Program-made: the position numbers and the translations under genes
Shown here: one piece after another, positions 34,095 through 42,888 of the stretch
Layout: each line of letters opens with the position of its first letter
Numbering within the stretch: position 1 is the first letter of the stretch
Notes under the pieces: model-generated
What the model saw: the letters and a program-made list of their open reading frames with translations, nothing else
Database searches by the model: none
What the model was told of the DNA's origin: nothing
DNA from: Nitrospirota bacterium
Lineage (GTDB): Bacteria; NPL-UPA2; JAADIA01
Reading direction: 5' to 3'
Assembly (NCBI GenBank): GCA_013151555.1
Contig: JAADIA010000049.1
Location: 1-62,293 of the forward strand
DNA: 62,293 bases

Positions 34095-36026
34095 ATGGTA
34101 AGCTTAAGAAATAAAATTATCACCGTGATGGTAGTGGTAATTCTGCTGTTCGGGTTAGGAATGATGCTCTTTACCCAGATAAAGCTTACCCGGATATTAA
34201 CCCAGGAGCGGCAACACTGGGGAATTATTGTCTCCCAGGATATCAGTTTGCGAAGTGTCGATTTCCTTTTAAAAGGGGACTTGCCGGGTCTTCAGAGATT
34301 TATAGAAGACGTAGAGAGCAAACATGCGGAGCATTTTGCCTATATTTTTGTGGTGGATAAGGAAGGGCGGGTATTAGCTCATACCTTTAAGGAAGGATTT
34401 GGAGAGGAACTCGTTAGGGCAAATAAAATTTCTCCAGATCAGTCCAGCAATATCCAACTGCTCGAGACAAAGCAAGGATGGGTCTATGACATCGCCATAC
34501 CCATTTTCAAAGAAGGAGGAGTAATCGGAACAACCCGGGTGGGAATCAACGAAAAGTATATTAGAAAAGCCGTTACTAATATTGTAGGCGCTGTTATGGG
34601 CGTAACGGCCCTGGCTATGGGGATAGGAATAGTGGTAGCCCTGGGATTGGCCAGCTTTATTACCCGGCCTCTCTCGGAATTGACTGAGGCTGCCCGGGCC
34701 GTGGGCGGCGGTGATCTGGAACGGCAAGTGGACATCAGAACTAATGACGAAATAGGGCAGTTAGGGAAAATTTTTAACCAGATGACCGCGGATTTGAGGA
34801 AAGCAACCGAGCTGACGGCAACGGTAACTCAGAACCTTATGGAAGGAGTTATGTTGTTATCTAAGGATTTCCGGATTCTTTGGGCGAATAAGAAGATAAA
34901 AGAGTTCAGCGGCCTGGAGGAAAAGGACATCATCGGCAATTTTTGCTATCGGGTTACCCATGGCCGTAAAGATCCCTGTCAACCGCCTCATGATGTATGT
35001 CCCGTCAACAAACTTATGGAGACAGGCAAACCTACGGTTGAGCTCCACATCCACTTTGATAAGGAAGGTAATGAACATCATGTGGAGGTTACGGTCGAGG
35101 CAGTAAGAGATGAAAAAGGCGATATTGTTCAATTCATCCATGTTACCAGAGACGTAACTGAGATAATGAAGGCGAAGAAAGAACTGGAGAAAGCCTATGA
35201 GGAAATCAAAGAGCTGAATGCCGGGCTGGAGCAAAAAGTTGAGGAACGGACCCGGGCATTGAAACAAGCCCAGGCTCAGCTCGTTCAATCCGGCAAGTTA
35301 GCAGCCATCGGGCAGTTGGGAGCGGGGGTAGCCCATGAGCTGAATAATCCCGTGGGAGGCATCCTGGGTTACGCTCAGTATCTCCAGGACAAAATTAACA
35401 AGCCCGGTTTCCAGGGTGAGGACTTTAAGACTTGCAAGAAATATTTAGGTTATATCGAGAAGGAAGCGGAGCGATGTAAGACCATTGTGGAGAATCTCTT
35501 AAAGTTCTCCCGCCGCTCCCCGGAGAGATTTGAGCCTCTTAACATAAATCAGGTTCTTGAAGATACCCTGGCTATCACTGCTCATCAGTTGATGATGAAG
35601 AAGATAAAATTGAAGAAGGAGCTTGCTTCTCACTTAAAACCGGTGGAAGGCAACGCTAATCAACTGCAGCAAGTATTTATCAATCTTATCCTCAATGCCC
35701 AGCAGGCGATGACTGAAGGGGGGGAATTGACTATTGCCACCCGGTTAAAAGTTAAAAGTCAAAAGCTTGAAGTAAGAGACGAAAAATGTCTGCCTGAGAC
35801 TAATTTCGTAGAAATTGTCTTCAGGGATACAGGATGTGGCATACCTCCGGAGAACCTGGACAAGATTTTCGATCCTTTCTTCACCACCAAGATGGATTGG
35901 AGGGGAACGGGGTTGGGCTTATCGGTAAGCTATGAGATTGTTCAGCACCATAAAGGTTGGATAGAGGTGGAGAGCGAGGTAGGCAAGGGAACGACCTTTA
36001 CCATATCTCTTCCGGTGAAGGCATGA
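34095..36026 (+). CDS. Sensor histidine kinase (2 TM sensor, HAMP, PAS, HisKA, HATPase_c)
   Basis: HAMP ([14 protein letters not shown]...), PAS, H-box [11 protein letters not shown]-box LILNAQQA, G-boxes DTGCGIP and GTGLGLS. Confidence 0.9.
   Translation: MVSLRNKIITVMVVVILLFGLGMMLFTQIKLTRILTQERQHWGIIVSQDISLRSVDFLLKGDLPGLQRFIEDVESKHAEHFAYIFVVDKEGRVLAHTFKEGFGEELVRANKISPDQSSNIQLLETKQGWVYDIAIPIFKEGGVIGTTRVGINEKYIRKAVTNIVGAVMGVTALAMGIGIVVALGLASFITRPLSELTEAARAVGGGDLERQVDIRTNDEIGQLGKIFNQMTADLRKATELTATVTQNLMEGVMLLSKDFRILWANKKIKEFSGLEEKDIIGNFCYRVTHGRKDPCQPPHDVCPVNKLMETGKPTVELHIHFDKEGNEHHVEVTVEAVRDEKGDIVQFIHVTRDVTEIMKAKKELEKAYEEIKELNAGLEQKVEERTRALKQAQAQLVQSGKLAAIGQLGAGVAHELNNPVGGILGYAQYLQDKINKPGFQGEDFKTCKKYLGYIEKEAERCKTIVENLLKFSRRSPERFEPLNINQVLEDTLAITAHQLMMKKIKLKKELASHLKPVEGNANQLQQVFINLILNAQQAMTEGGELTIATRLKVKSQKLEVRDEKCLPETNFVEIVFRDTGCGIPPENLDKIFDPFFTTKMDWRGTGLGLSVSYEIVQHHKGWIEVESEVGKGTTFTISLPVKA
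35744..35778. repeat. Family B heptamer array, copy B8, inside the histidine kinase CDS
   Basis: gttaaaa gttaaaa gtcaaaa gcttgaa gtaagag, translated as [11 protein letters not shown]. Confidence 0.7.
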
Positions 36027-36087
36027 GAAGCTGGAGGTAAGGCAAATCAAAAGAGGAGAATCGGGGCATGAGGGAATTAAAATCTTA

Positions 36088-36465
36088 GTGGTAGACGATG
36101 AGAAAGTTATCCGCAATCTTCTCACCGACGTGCTGAGCGATGAAGGATATGAGGTGACTGCAGTAGCAGATGGCCTCGAGGCTGTGGCCAGAGTGAAAGA
36201 AAAAGTTTTTGATATCGTCTTCTCGGATGTCCATATGCCGGGAATGGATGGGGTGGAGACCTTAAAAGCGATAAAGGAGATTAAGCCGGAGATAGTGATG
36301 ATAATAATGGATAGTTATCCTGATCAACTCCTGAAAGAGGCTCAGGAAACCGGGGTGTTTGCTTATTTCCATAAGCCTTTTAATATAAAAGATGTGGTAG
36401 CTGTGGTAGAGGAAATTCGCCTTCTAATCGGGGCCCCGAGAAACCCGAAGGAGTCCCGGAACTGA
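36088..36465 (+). CDS. Single-domain response regulator (CheY-like receiver)
   Basis: VVDDE...DIVFSDVHMPGMDG...KP. Start uncertain: the conserved KILVVDD begins upstream of GTG 36088 with no canonical start codon there. Confidence 0.8.
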   Translation: MVDDEKVIRNLLTDVLSDEGYEVTAVADGLEAVARVKEKVFDIVFSDVHMPGMDGVETLKAIKEIKPEIVMIIMDSYPDQLLKEAQETGVFAYFHKPFNIKDVVAVVEEIRLLIGAPRNPKESRN

Positions 36466-36482
36466 TAAAGGAGATAAAGAGC

Positions 36483-38036
36483 GTGGCCGAAGGAAAAATT
36501 CTTGTTATCGATGATGAAGAAGTTATCTGCCATCTCCTGGAAGATTCCTTGAGTGCCCAGGGGTACACAGTTATCACTGCCCAGAGTGGTACTGAGGCTC
36601 TGGAGAAAGTCCGGAAGGGATCGTTCGATATGGTTATCACGGACATCCGCATGCCGGATGTAACCGGAATACAGATTCTGGAAGAGGTAAAGAAAATCAA
36701 TCCGCAAACGCTGGTTATTATAATGACGGCTTTTGCCTCGGTGCAGACGGCTCAGGAAGCTATCCGGAAGGGAGCGTATGACTATATTACGAAACCTTTT
36801 GAGAAAGGAGAACTCGACTTTGCTGTGAAGCGGGCTATGGAAACCAGAAGATTGACGATAGCGAATAAAAATTTGAACAAAAACCTTCAGGAGTTTAATA
36901 TCCAGTTAGAGAACAAGGTAAGAGAAAGAACGCAGAAGTTAGCCACAATTTACCGAATAGAGAAAGAAATATCCTCGACTCTGGAACTAAGCGAAGTTTT
37001 GAAGGTTATCGTTAACAGAACTATCCATGTTTTAGATTCGGGGATAATCTCTATTCTCTTGATAAATGAGCAGGGGGAACTTTATATTAAGCGGGCTATT
37101 GGATTAAGCGATAAAATTATCAGGGAGACCAAGCTTAAACTGGGAGAGAGAATCTCCGGCTGGGTGGCCCAGAATAAAGAGGCGATATTAATTGAAGATA
37201 TAGAGAAAGCTCCTCTTTTCGCTAAAGAGAATCAGGAGAGATACTATACCCGTTCCCTGATTAGCGCTCCTTTGATATTTGAAGGTAAAGTGATCGGGGT
37301 TATTAACGTGAATAACAAGAGGTCCCGCGAGGCTTATACGAAGGATGACTTAAATTTCCTGGAGGGCATTGCCAACCAGGCAGCTATCGCTATCCGGAAC
37401 GCTCAGCTGCATGCGGACTTACGGACTTCTTATGTAAATATCATCTGTGCGATAACCAATGCTTTGGAAGCAAGGGACCCTTATTCGTATGGTCATTCCA
37501 GCAACGTAACCGATTGCGCTCGTGCTATAGCTGAGGAATTAGGTCTTGATCCCTCGGAGAAGGAGATTCTCATCCATGCCGCCTTACTGCACGATGTAGG
37601 TAAGATCGGGGTCAGTGATGCTATTCTGCTCAAGCCGGGGAAGTTGACCCAAGCCGAGTGGGCAATCATTAAAGAACATCCGCAAAGGGGAAAGGAAATT
37701 CTCGAACCGCTGAGTTTCCTCAAAGAAGCGGTACCCATTGTCTATCACCACCATGAGCGTTACGATGGGAGCGGTTACCCGGAGGGACTGAAAGGGGAAG
37801 AAATACCGTTGGGAGCGCGCATTTTAGCTGTAGCCGATAGTTATGATGCCATGAGCTCTGATCGTCCTTATCGTAAGCGGTTGTCGAAAGAAGAATGTAT
37901 AATAGAATTGAAAAAGTGCGTCGGAACGCAACTTGATCCCCGGATAGTGGAAGCCTTTTTACGAGTACTGGAGAAGAGGACAGAAGACAGAGGAGGAAAA
38001 ACAGAAGACAGAAGACGGAGGACGGAGGACAGATAA
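36483..38036 (+). CDS. Response regulator with receiver, GAF and HD-GYP (c-di-GMP phosphodiesterase-type) domains
   Basis: Receiver (VIDDEE...DMVITDIRMPD...KP), GAF, then HD..GK and HHERYDGSGYP. The C-terminal KRTEDRGGKTEDRRRRTEDR tail is encoded by repeat D2. Confidence 0.85.
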   Translation: MAEGKILVIDDEEVICHLLEDSLSAQGYTVITAQSGTEALEKVRKGSFDMVITDIRMPDVTGIQILEEVKKINPQTLVIIMTAFASVQTAQEAIRKGAYDYITKPFEKGELDFAVKRAMETRRLTIANKNLNKNLQEFNIQLENKVRERTQKLATIYRIEKEISSTLELSEVLKVIVNRTIHVLDSGIISILLINEQGELYIKRAIGLSDKIIRETKLKLGERISGWVAQNKEAILIEDIEKAPLFAKENQERYYTRSLISAPLIFEGKVIGVINVNNKRSREAYTKDDLNFLEGIANQAAIAIRNAQLHADLRTSYVNIICAITNALEARDPYSYGHSSNVTDCARAIAEELGLDPSEKEILIHAALLHDVGKIGVSDAILLKPGKLTQAEWAIIKEHPQRGKEILEPLSFLKEAVPIVYHHHERYDGSGYPEGLKGEEIPLGARILAVADSYDAMSSDRPYRKRLSKEECIIELKKCVGTQLDPRIVEAFLRVLEKRTEDRGGKTEDRRRRTEDR

Positions 38037-38095
38037 ATTCTCCCCGGAAGACTACTCCGGCTCGCAAGAGAGATTTTTCTGTTATCTGTTTTCAG
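37975..38095. repeat. Family D heptamer array, copy D2
   Basis: gaggaca gaagaca gaggagg aaaaaca gaagaca gaagacg gaggacg gaggaca, plus a short opposing ctgttatctgttttc. Confidence 0.85.
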
Positions 38096-39246
38096 GGCCG
38101 GAAGCTTCTTAATTGCTCTAATTTTTCATAGGCCCGGCCGCTATCTATCAGTTGAGCAGCAACCTCCAGCCCCTCTTGAAGACTTTTTGTTTTATTGCCT
38201 ACCAGGAGACCGGCCGCTGCATTTAAGAGCACAATATCTCTTTTAGCTCCTTGCTCTTTGCCTTTGAGGATATCGATTAATATTCTCTTATTCTCTTCCC
38301 TTTCGCCTCCGGCCAAATCTTCCGCTCGAGCACGTTTGAGACCGAGCTCCTCAGGCCGTATGGTAAAGTCTTTAATCTGTCCGTCTTCACATAGTTCGGA
38401 AACGACATTCTCTCCCAGGGTAGACAGTTCATCCATGCCTTTGGTCCGGGTATCCCCGCATCCATGAACGACGAAGGCTCTTTTCATGTTCAGGAGCTTT
38501 AAAACTTCTGCCATTTTCCTCGTTAACCGGGGTTCGCGGACGCCCAATAGCTGGACCCCGTTCTTTTTCCGGGCATCAAAAGCAGGATTGGCCAGGGGGC
38601 CCAGAATATTAAATACTGTGGGTACTCCTATCTCCTTGCGCACTTTCTGGACATTTTTGAACGCCCGGTGAAAATTGGGCGCGTAGATGAACCCAAGTCC
38701 TATTTTGGCTATACAAGCCTCTACTTCGGCAGGCTTCAAATCTATCTTTACCCCTAACTGCTCCAGGACGTCCGCACTTCCACATTTGGAAGTAATTGCC
38801 CGATTGCCGTGTTTGGCGATGACCATTCCTGAAGCGGCCAGGATAAACATAATTGCGGTGGAGATGTTGAAGGTATCCAGAGTTCCCCCGCCGGTGCCAC
38901 AGGTGTCTGCGATGACGGTATCCGTCCCTTCTTTGAATTTGATTCTGACCGGTTCCGCCATCTCTCGAATTGCAAAAACAAAAGCCGCAATTTCGGCGTT
39001 GCTTTCTCCCTTAGCATTGAGAGCGGTTAAGAATTCCGCCCTTTGAGAATCGGAGGGTCCTTCCGACATGAGAATCCGCATGGCTCCATAGGCTTCGTAA
39101 GGTTCCAGGTCCTCCTTGCGGCGCACCTTCTCGATATAAGGAACTAAACTCTTTTCTTCTCCCGCTTCTTTTTTATACCGGGAAAGAAGTTCAGTAAAGA
39201 AAGAACTCTTTTCTTCCTTGGCATTTCCCTCAATCCTTGATTCCAT
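38092..39246 (-). CDS. Anthranilate phosphoribosyltransferase-family (TrpD-like) protein, not in a trp operon
   Basis: GTGGGTLDTFNIST, KHGNRAITSKCGSADVLE, GPLANPA. N-terminal extension of about 40 aa. Confidence 0.7.
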   Translation of the reverse strand: MESRIEGNAKEEKSSFFTELLSRYKKEAGEEKSLVPYIEKVRRKEDLEPYEAYGAMRILMSEGPSDSQRAEFLTALNAKGESNAEIAAFVFAIREMAEPVRIKFKEGTDTVIADTCGTGGGTLDTFNISTAIMFILAASGMVIAKHGNRAITSKCGSADVLEQLGVKIDLKPAEVEACIAKIGLGFIYAPNFHRAFKNVQKVRKEIGVPTVFNILGPLANPAFDARKKNGVQLLGVREPRLTRKMAEVLKLLNMKRAFVVHGCGDTRTKGMDELSTLGENVVSELCEDGQIKDFTIRPEELGLKRARAEDLAGGEREENKRILIDILKGKEQGAKRDIVLLNAAAGLLVGNKTKSLQEGLEVAAQLIDSGRAYEKLEQLRSFRP

Positions 39247-39270
39247 ATTTTCCCCTCCCTGATCAAATTT

Positions 39271-39441
39271 TAACCACAGGTGGACACAGTTGAGCCCGGA
39301 AAACCAAGGCCTTTACTTAATTACCGCCGGGAACGCCGAGGTCGCAGAGAAAAGAATCATCTTAGATAAAAATTAAATAATCTCTGCATTCTCTGCGGTG
39401 AAAATTAAAGGGATAGCATTTACCCGGGTTTGTCTGTGGTT
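39271..39441. repeat. Family F-like nested palindrome, copy F5
   Basis: Outer arms taaccacaggtggacacagttgagcccgg / cccgggtttgtctgtggtt. Inner arms cgcagagaa / ttctctgcg. Confidence 0.7.
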
Positions 39442-39465
39442 CATTCCTTTCATATTTCTTTCTCT

Positions 39466-40260
39466 TTACTCAAACACGATAATTAACTTCTCACCTCTAT
39501 CCAGACCTAACACCTTCCGGGCATTGCCCTGGTTAAGGGATATTTCCAGGTAATGGGAACTGCCTATAATTGCTAAGAGTTCCCCCGACTGGCTTTCTGC
39601 ATAAGACTTATTGATTTTACGGATTTCTTTTCCCCCGACGGTTATTCTTATCCCCTTGCCGGAAATTTTTTTCTCTAACCCTCTGAGGTCGGCCCGGGTG
39701 ATATTAGTGATGAGGTTACCAAATCGGTCGATATAAATGATTTCTCCTTCCAGTCCTTTTTCGGAAAAATGAACCGGGGGGATTTTTAAATCTCTAAAGT
39801 GGCTAACCTTTGGGCCAAGTTCGCTTGGATTCACTCCCAGGGAGAGATGCGCCGCCACCGGCGCAAAGATATCCCGGCCCTGGAAAGTCCGGCTGACCTC
39901 TTTCAGAAAATAACGTTGCCGGGAAACTTCTACTATCTCTTCTATTTTTTCCTCCTGTCTGATAGGAGTAAGCACGCCGTTATCGGGAGCCAGGAAGAGA
40001 TAGTCGGAGGTCTTCAGACACACTATCTTCCTTTTACTTCCCACTCCCGGATCAACAACGATGACATGGATGGTTCCCCGGGGAAAATACTTATAAGAGA
40101 CTTTCAGGAGGAAAGCTGCGCTGTGGATATCCTGGGGAGGAACTTCATGGCAGAGGTCAATCACTCTTGCTTGAGGATTTATCCCCTGGATAACTCCTTT
40201 CATTACCCCTACATAAGAATCTTTTCCGCCAAAGTCCGTTAAAAGAGTTATGCACTGCAT
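39466..40260 (-). CDS. SAM hydroxide adenosyltransferase family (DUF62) protein
   Basis: ITLLTDFGGKDSYVGVMKGV start typical of DUF62. The track ORF's first 51 codons overlap purN, so the start is moved to ATG 40260. Confidence 0.8.
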   Translation of the reverse strand: MQCITLLTDFGGKDSYVGVMKGVIQGINPQARVIDLCHEVPPQDIHSAAFLLKVSYKYFPRGTIHVIVVDPGVGSKRKIVCLKTSDYLFLAPDNGVLTPIRQEEKIEEIVEVSRQRYFLKEVSRTFQGRDIFAPVAAHLSLGVNPSELGPKVSHFRDLKIPPVHFSEKGLEGEIIYIDRFGNLITNITRADLRGLEKKISGKGIRITVGGKEIRKINKSYAESQSGELLAIIGSSHYLEISLNQGNARKVLGLDRGEKLIIVFE

Positions 40261-40264
40261 TTTT

Positions 40265-40912
40265 TTATTTCCCGGGTGCTTTTTCCGGCTTGAGATACAC
40301 TTTCCTTCCTTTGATTGCCAGTCTTCCCTCGGCAAACAGCTGAATGGCCCGGGGGTAGAGTTTGCCCTCTTCTGCAAAGACCCGGGCCGCCAGGGTATCC
40401 GGAGTATCGTCATCTTTTACGGGCACGGCGGCTTGTAATATTATCGGTCCCCGGTCATAAGCATTGTCCGCAAAATGCACGGTACATCCGGAGATTTTCA
40501 CTCCGTAATCCAGGACCGCCCGGTGAACATGATGCCCGTAATATCCTTTACCGCAGAAAGAAGGGATCAAAGCGGGATGAATATTCATTACTTTGCCTTT
40601 ATACTTCTCCCCGGATTTGAATAAATGCATAAATCCCGCCATGACGATTAAATCCACAGGGTAAAGGGAAAGAATCTTATTAATTTCCTCACTGAACTTA
40701 CCGGCATCATCTCCCTGATAAAGTTTATGAGGGACACAATGAGCATCTATTCCTGCTCTTTTAGCTCTTACCAGTCCGTAGGCATCCTCCCGGCTGCTTA
40801 TGACTACGACCACTCTGGCATCCAACTTTTTTTCCCGGATACAGTCAAGGATATTCTCTAAAGTTCTCCCTCCCCCGGAGAGGAGAACGGCCAGGTTCAC
40901 AGGCTTAGCCAT
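40265..40912 (-). CDS. purN: Phosphoribosylglycinamide formyltransferase
   Basis: LAVLLSGGGRTL, MNIHPALIP, SGCTVH. GAGGAGG RBS places the start at ATG 40912. Confidence 0.9.
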   Translation of the reverse strand: MAKPVNLAVLLSGGGRTLENILDCIREKKLDARVVVVISSREDAYGLVRAKRAGIDAHCVPHKLYQGDDAGKFSEEINKILSLYPVDLIVMAGFMHLFKSGEKYKGKVMNIHPALIPSFCGKGYYGHHVHRAVLDYGVKISGCTVHFADNAYDRGPIILQAAVPVKDDDTPDTLAARVFAEEGKLYPRAIQLFAEGRLAIKGRKVYLKPEKAPGK

Positions 40913-40936
40913 CGATTTTTTCCTCCTCAAGAAAAA

Positions 40937-41019
40937 CAGGATTAAGTATTAAGTTGTAAGGATTAAGCAAAAAACTTAATTCTTAGAGCGAACGAAGTGA
41001 GCGTCTTAATCCTTAATCC
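40937..41019. repeat. Family E element, copy E2
   Basis: caggattaagtattaagttgtaaggattaagc ... ttagagcgaacgaagtgagcgtcttaatccttaatcc. Confidence 0.85.
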
Positions 41020-42017
41020 TTGAATATTTTCGTTATCTCATCCCTGGCAAAATAAGGGAGCTTGCTTTGCCCCAGGGAAAGTCCGGCTTTCTTTTCAACC
41101 ACCTTTCCGATAATCGAGCTCTTGATTCCTTCCTGCTGATAAAGAGCGTGGAGTTTTTCCGAATCCTCTGGGGGAAGAGCGATAATTAAAGCTCCGGAAG
41201 CCATTAATCCCAGGGGATTAAGACCGAATCTCTCACAGAGCACCTGGCACTCGGGCAGGACGGGAATCTTCTCCTCATAAATTATCATTCCTGTCTGAGA
41301 GGCTTTGCTCAGCTCATAGAGCCCGGTAGCTAAACCGCCTTCGGTGGGGTCGTGCATCGCATGCACTTCTCCCGATTCGACGGCCATCAGGGCTTCTCTG
41401 ACAATGCTTATTCCCGGCTCATAGAGATAGTTCCGGGTTCGCTGGAGGAATTCTTTCCCGAACTTTTTTTCCAGCTCTTCTCCTCTCTCCCGGGCAATGA
41501 CGGAAGTTCCCTCAATGGCAATTCCTTTAGTTAAGAGAATATTATCTCCCACCCGGGTTCCTGAGGACCGGATTAATTTACCTTTCTCCATCTCTCCCAG
41601 CATCTGACCGACGATGATGGGCCGGTCCAGACCGTAAGTAATCTCAACGTGCCCGCCACAGAGGGAGATGTCAAGTTCCTGACAGGCCCGGGAAACCCGG
41701 GAGAAGATGTCTTCAACCAACTTTTCCGTTGTTGTCTTCTCGGGTAAGAGGAGCGTAGCTAAAAACCATTTTGGCCGGGCTCCCATAGTAGCAATATCGT
41801 TGGCATTGACCTGAATTATATAATATCCGATATCCTCAGCAACGAAGGTTATGGGGTCGGTCTTGGCTACTAAGTATTTTTCTCCGCAATCAATGACCGT
41901 AGCATCTTCTCCGATGCGAGGTCCTACTACTACCCGTGCGTCCGTATGGACATATTTCTTGATGAGTTTCTCTAAGAACTCCAGGGGAAGTTTCCCTAAG
42001 GGTAGAAATTCCGTCAT
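41013..42017 (-). CDS. AIR synthase-related (PurM/HypE/ThiL superfamily) protein
   Basis: GEDATVI...VAKTDP...ANDIATMGA...GGH motifs. GGGAGGA RBS before ATG 42017. The stop lies inside repeat E2. Confidence 0.7.
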   Translation of the reverse strand: MTEFLPLGKLPLEFLEKLIKKYVHTDARVVVGPRIGEDATVIDCGEKYLVAKTDPITFVAEDIGYYIIQVNANDIATMGARPKWFLATLLLPEKTTTEKLVEDIFSRVSRACQELDISLCGGHVEITYGLDRPIIVGQMLGEMEKGKLIRSSGTRVGDNILLTKGIAIEGTSVIARERGEELEKKFGKEFLQRTRNYLYEPGISIVREALMAVESGEVHAMHDPTEGGLATGLYELSKASQTGMIIYEEKIPVLPECQVLCERFGLNPLGLMASGALIIALPPEDSEKLHALYQQEGIKSSIIGKVVEKKAGLSLGQSKLPYFARDEITKIFKD

Positions 42018-42113
42018 ATTTTCCTCCCGGCTCATTTTACCCTCTGCTCTTCTCGATTGCAATAAAAATTGCTCTCAGGAACCGAAAGCGGGGTTTTTCA
42101 ATATATAGATGAC

Positions 42114-42234
42114 GCAATAAATACTTGCGCATTCATATATGGGTAGTGGCAGAGTTTACTCTGCCTCTTCTGTCGAGCATCCTTATACCCTTGCGGGCAC
42201 AGGCGGGCACAAGCAAGCTCGACCACTACGATAG
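42114..42234. repeat. Family H structured element of about 120 bp, copy H1
   Basis: gcaataaatacttgc...ggtagtggcagagtttactctgcc...gtcgagc...cttgcgggcacaggcgggcacaagcaagctcgaccactac. Several nested inverted repeats. Confidence 0.9.
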
Positions 42235-42290
42235 GTAACAATTTATTATGTTTTATGTGGGAACGAAAAAAAGTCCTTAGCGGGCGGGGG

Positions 42291-42824
42291 TTACTTTATC
42301 TTTGCCCCTTCCCTCAAGGCCTCTTTATTTATTTCCAGGAGATGGTGGGCGCGTTTTGGAAGGACATCTTGAAGATGGTCAAGGACTGTTTTCAGGGGAA
42401 CGACTTTCTTTTGGATAATATAGGCCCCGAGAGCGACCATATTGGCTACCCGGGAGTTGCCTAAATTCATGGCTATCTCAGTGGCCGGAACTTTGATAAT
42501 CTTAAGGTCATCTCTATCCGGATCCCGGTTGATTAAGGAACTGTTAAGGATGAGAAGTCCGTCTTTTTTAATCCGGGGTTCGAATTTATCCAGGGAAGGT
42601 TTATTCATGACGATGGCCGTATAAGGACACGAAGAGAGGGGAGAGGCAATCTCCTCTGAAGAAATGATTACGGTGCAGTTAGCCGTGCCCCCTCTGACCT
42701 CGGCGCCGTAGGATGGTAAATAGGTGACCTGATTACCTTTCCGCATTCCCAGGTAAGCAAGGAATTTTCCCATAAAGATTACTCCCTGTCCTCCAAACCC
42801 GGCCATAATTATTTCTTCATGCAT
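42291..42824 (-). CDS. 2-oxoacid:ferredoxin oxidoreductase gamma subunit
   Basis: IIMAGFGGQGV...SYGAEVRGG pattern. Start set at MHEEII. Confidence 0.85.
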   Translation of the reverse strand: MHEEIIMAGFGGQGVIFMGKFLAYLGMRKGNQVTYLPSYGAEVRGGTANCTVIISSEEIASPLSSCPYTAIVMNKPSLDKFEPRIKKDGLLILNSSLINRDPDRDDLKIIKVPATEIAMNLGNSRVANMVALGAYIIQKKVVPLKTVLDHLQDVLPKRAHHLLEINKEALREGAKIK

Positions 42825-42888
42825 CTTTAATCCTTTACCAGGCGGTCCCGAAATCCGTTCCCGCAATTGTTCTCATTACAAGGCCTCA

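Noticed and set aside
36026-36088. Possible frameshift or non-canonical start for the CheY-like receiver, because the conserved IKILVVDD extends upstream of GTG 36088
   Set aside because: There is no in-frame ATG, GTG or TTG upstream before the stop. An ATT (36076) start is possible but unprovable here, so GTG 36088 is kept with a note.
39466-40413. Long 315-aa form of the DUF62 ORF, and similar N-terminal extensions of purN, the AIR-synthase-like gene, the OFOR beta and gamma subunits, the MBL hydrolase, the second CE4 gene and lpxK
   Set aside because: The extensions overlap upstream genes or translate repeat DNA. Internal ATG or TTG codons preceded by GGAGG-type sites coincide with the start of the conserved domains.
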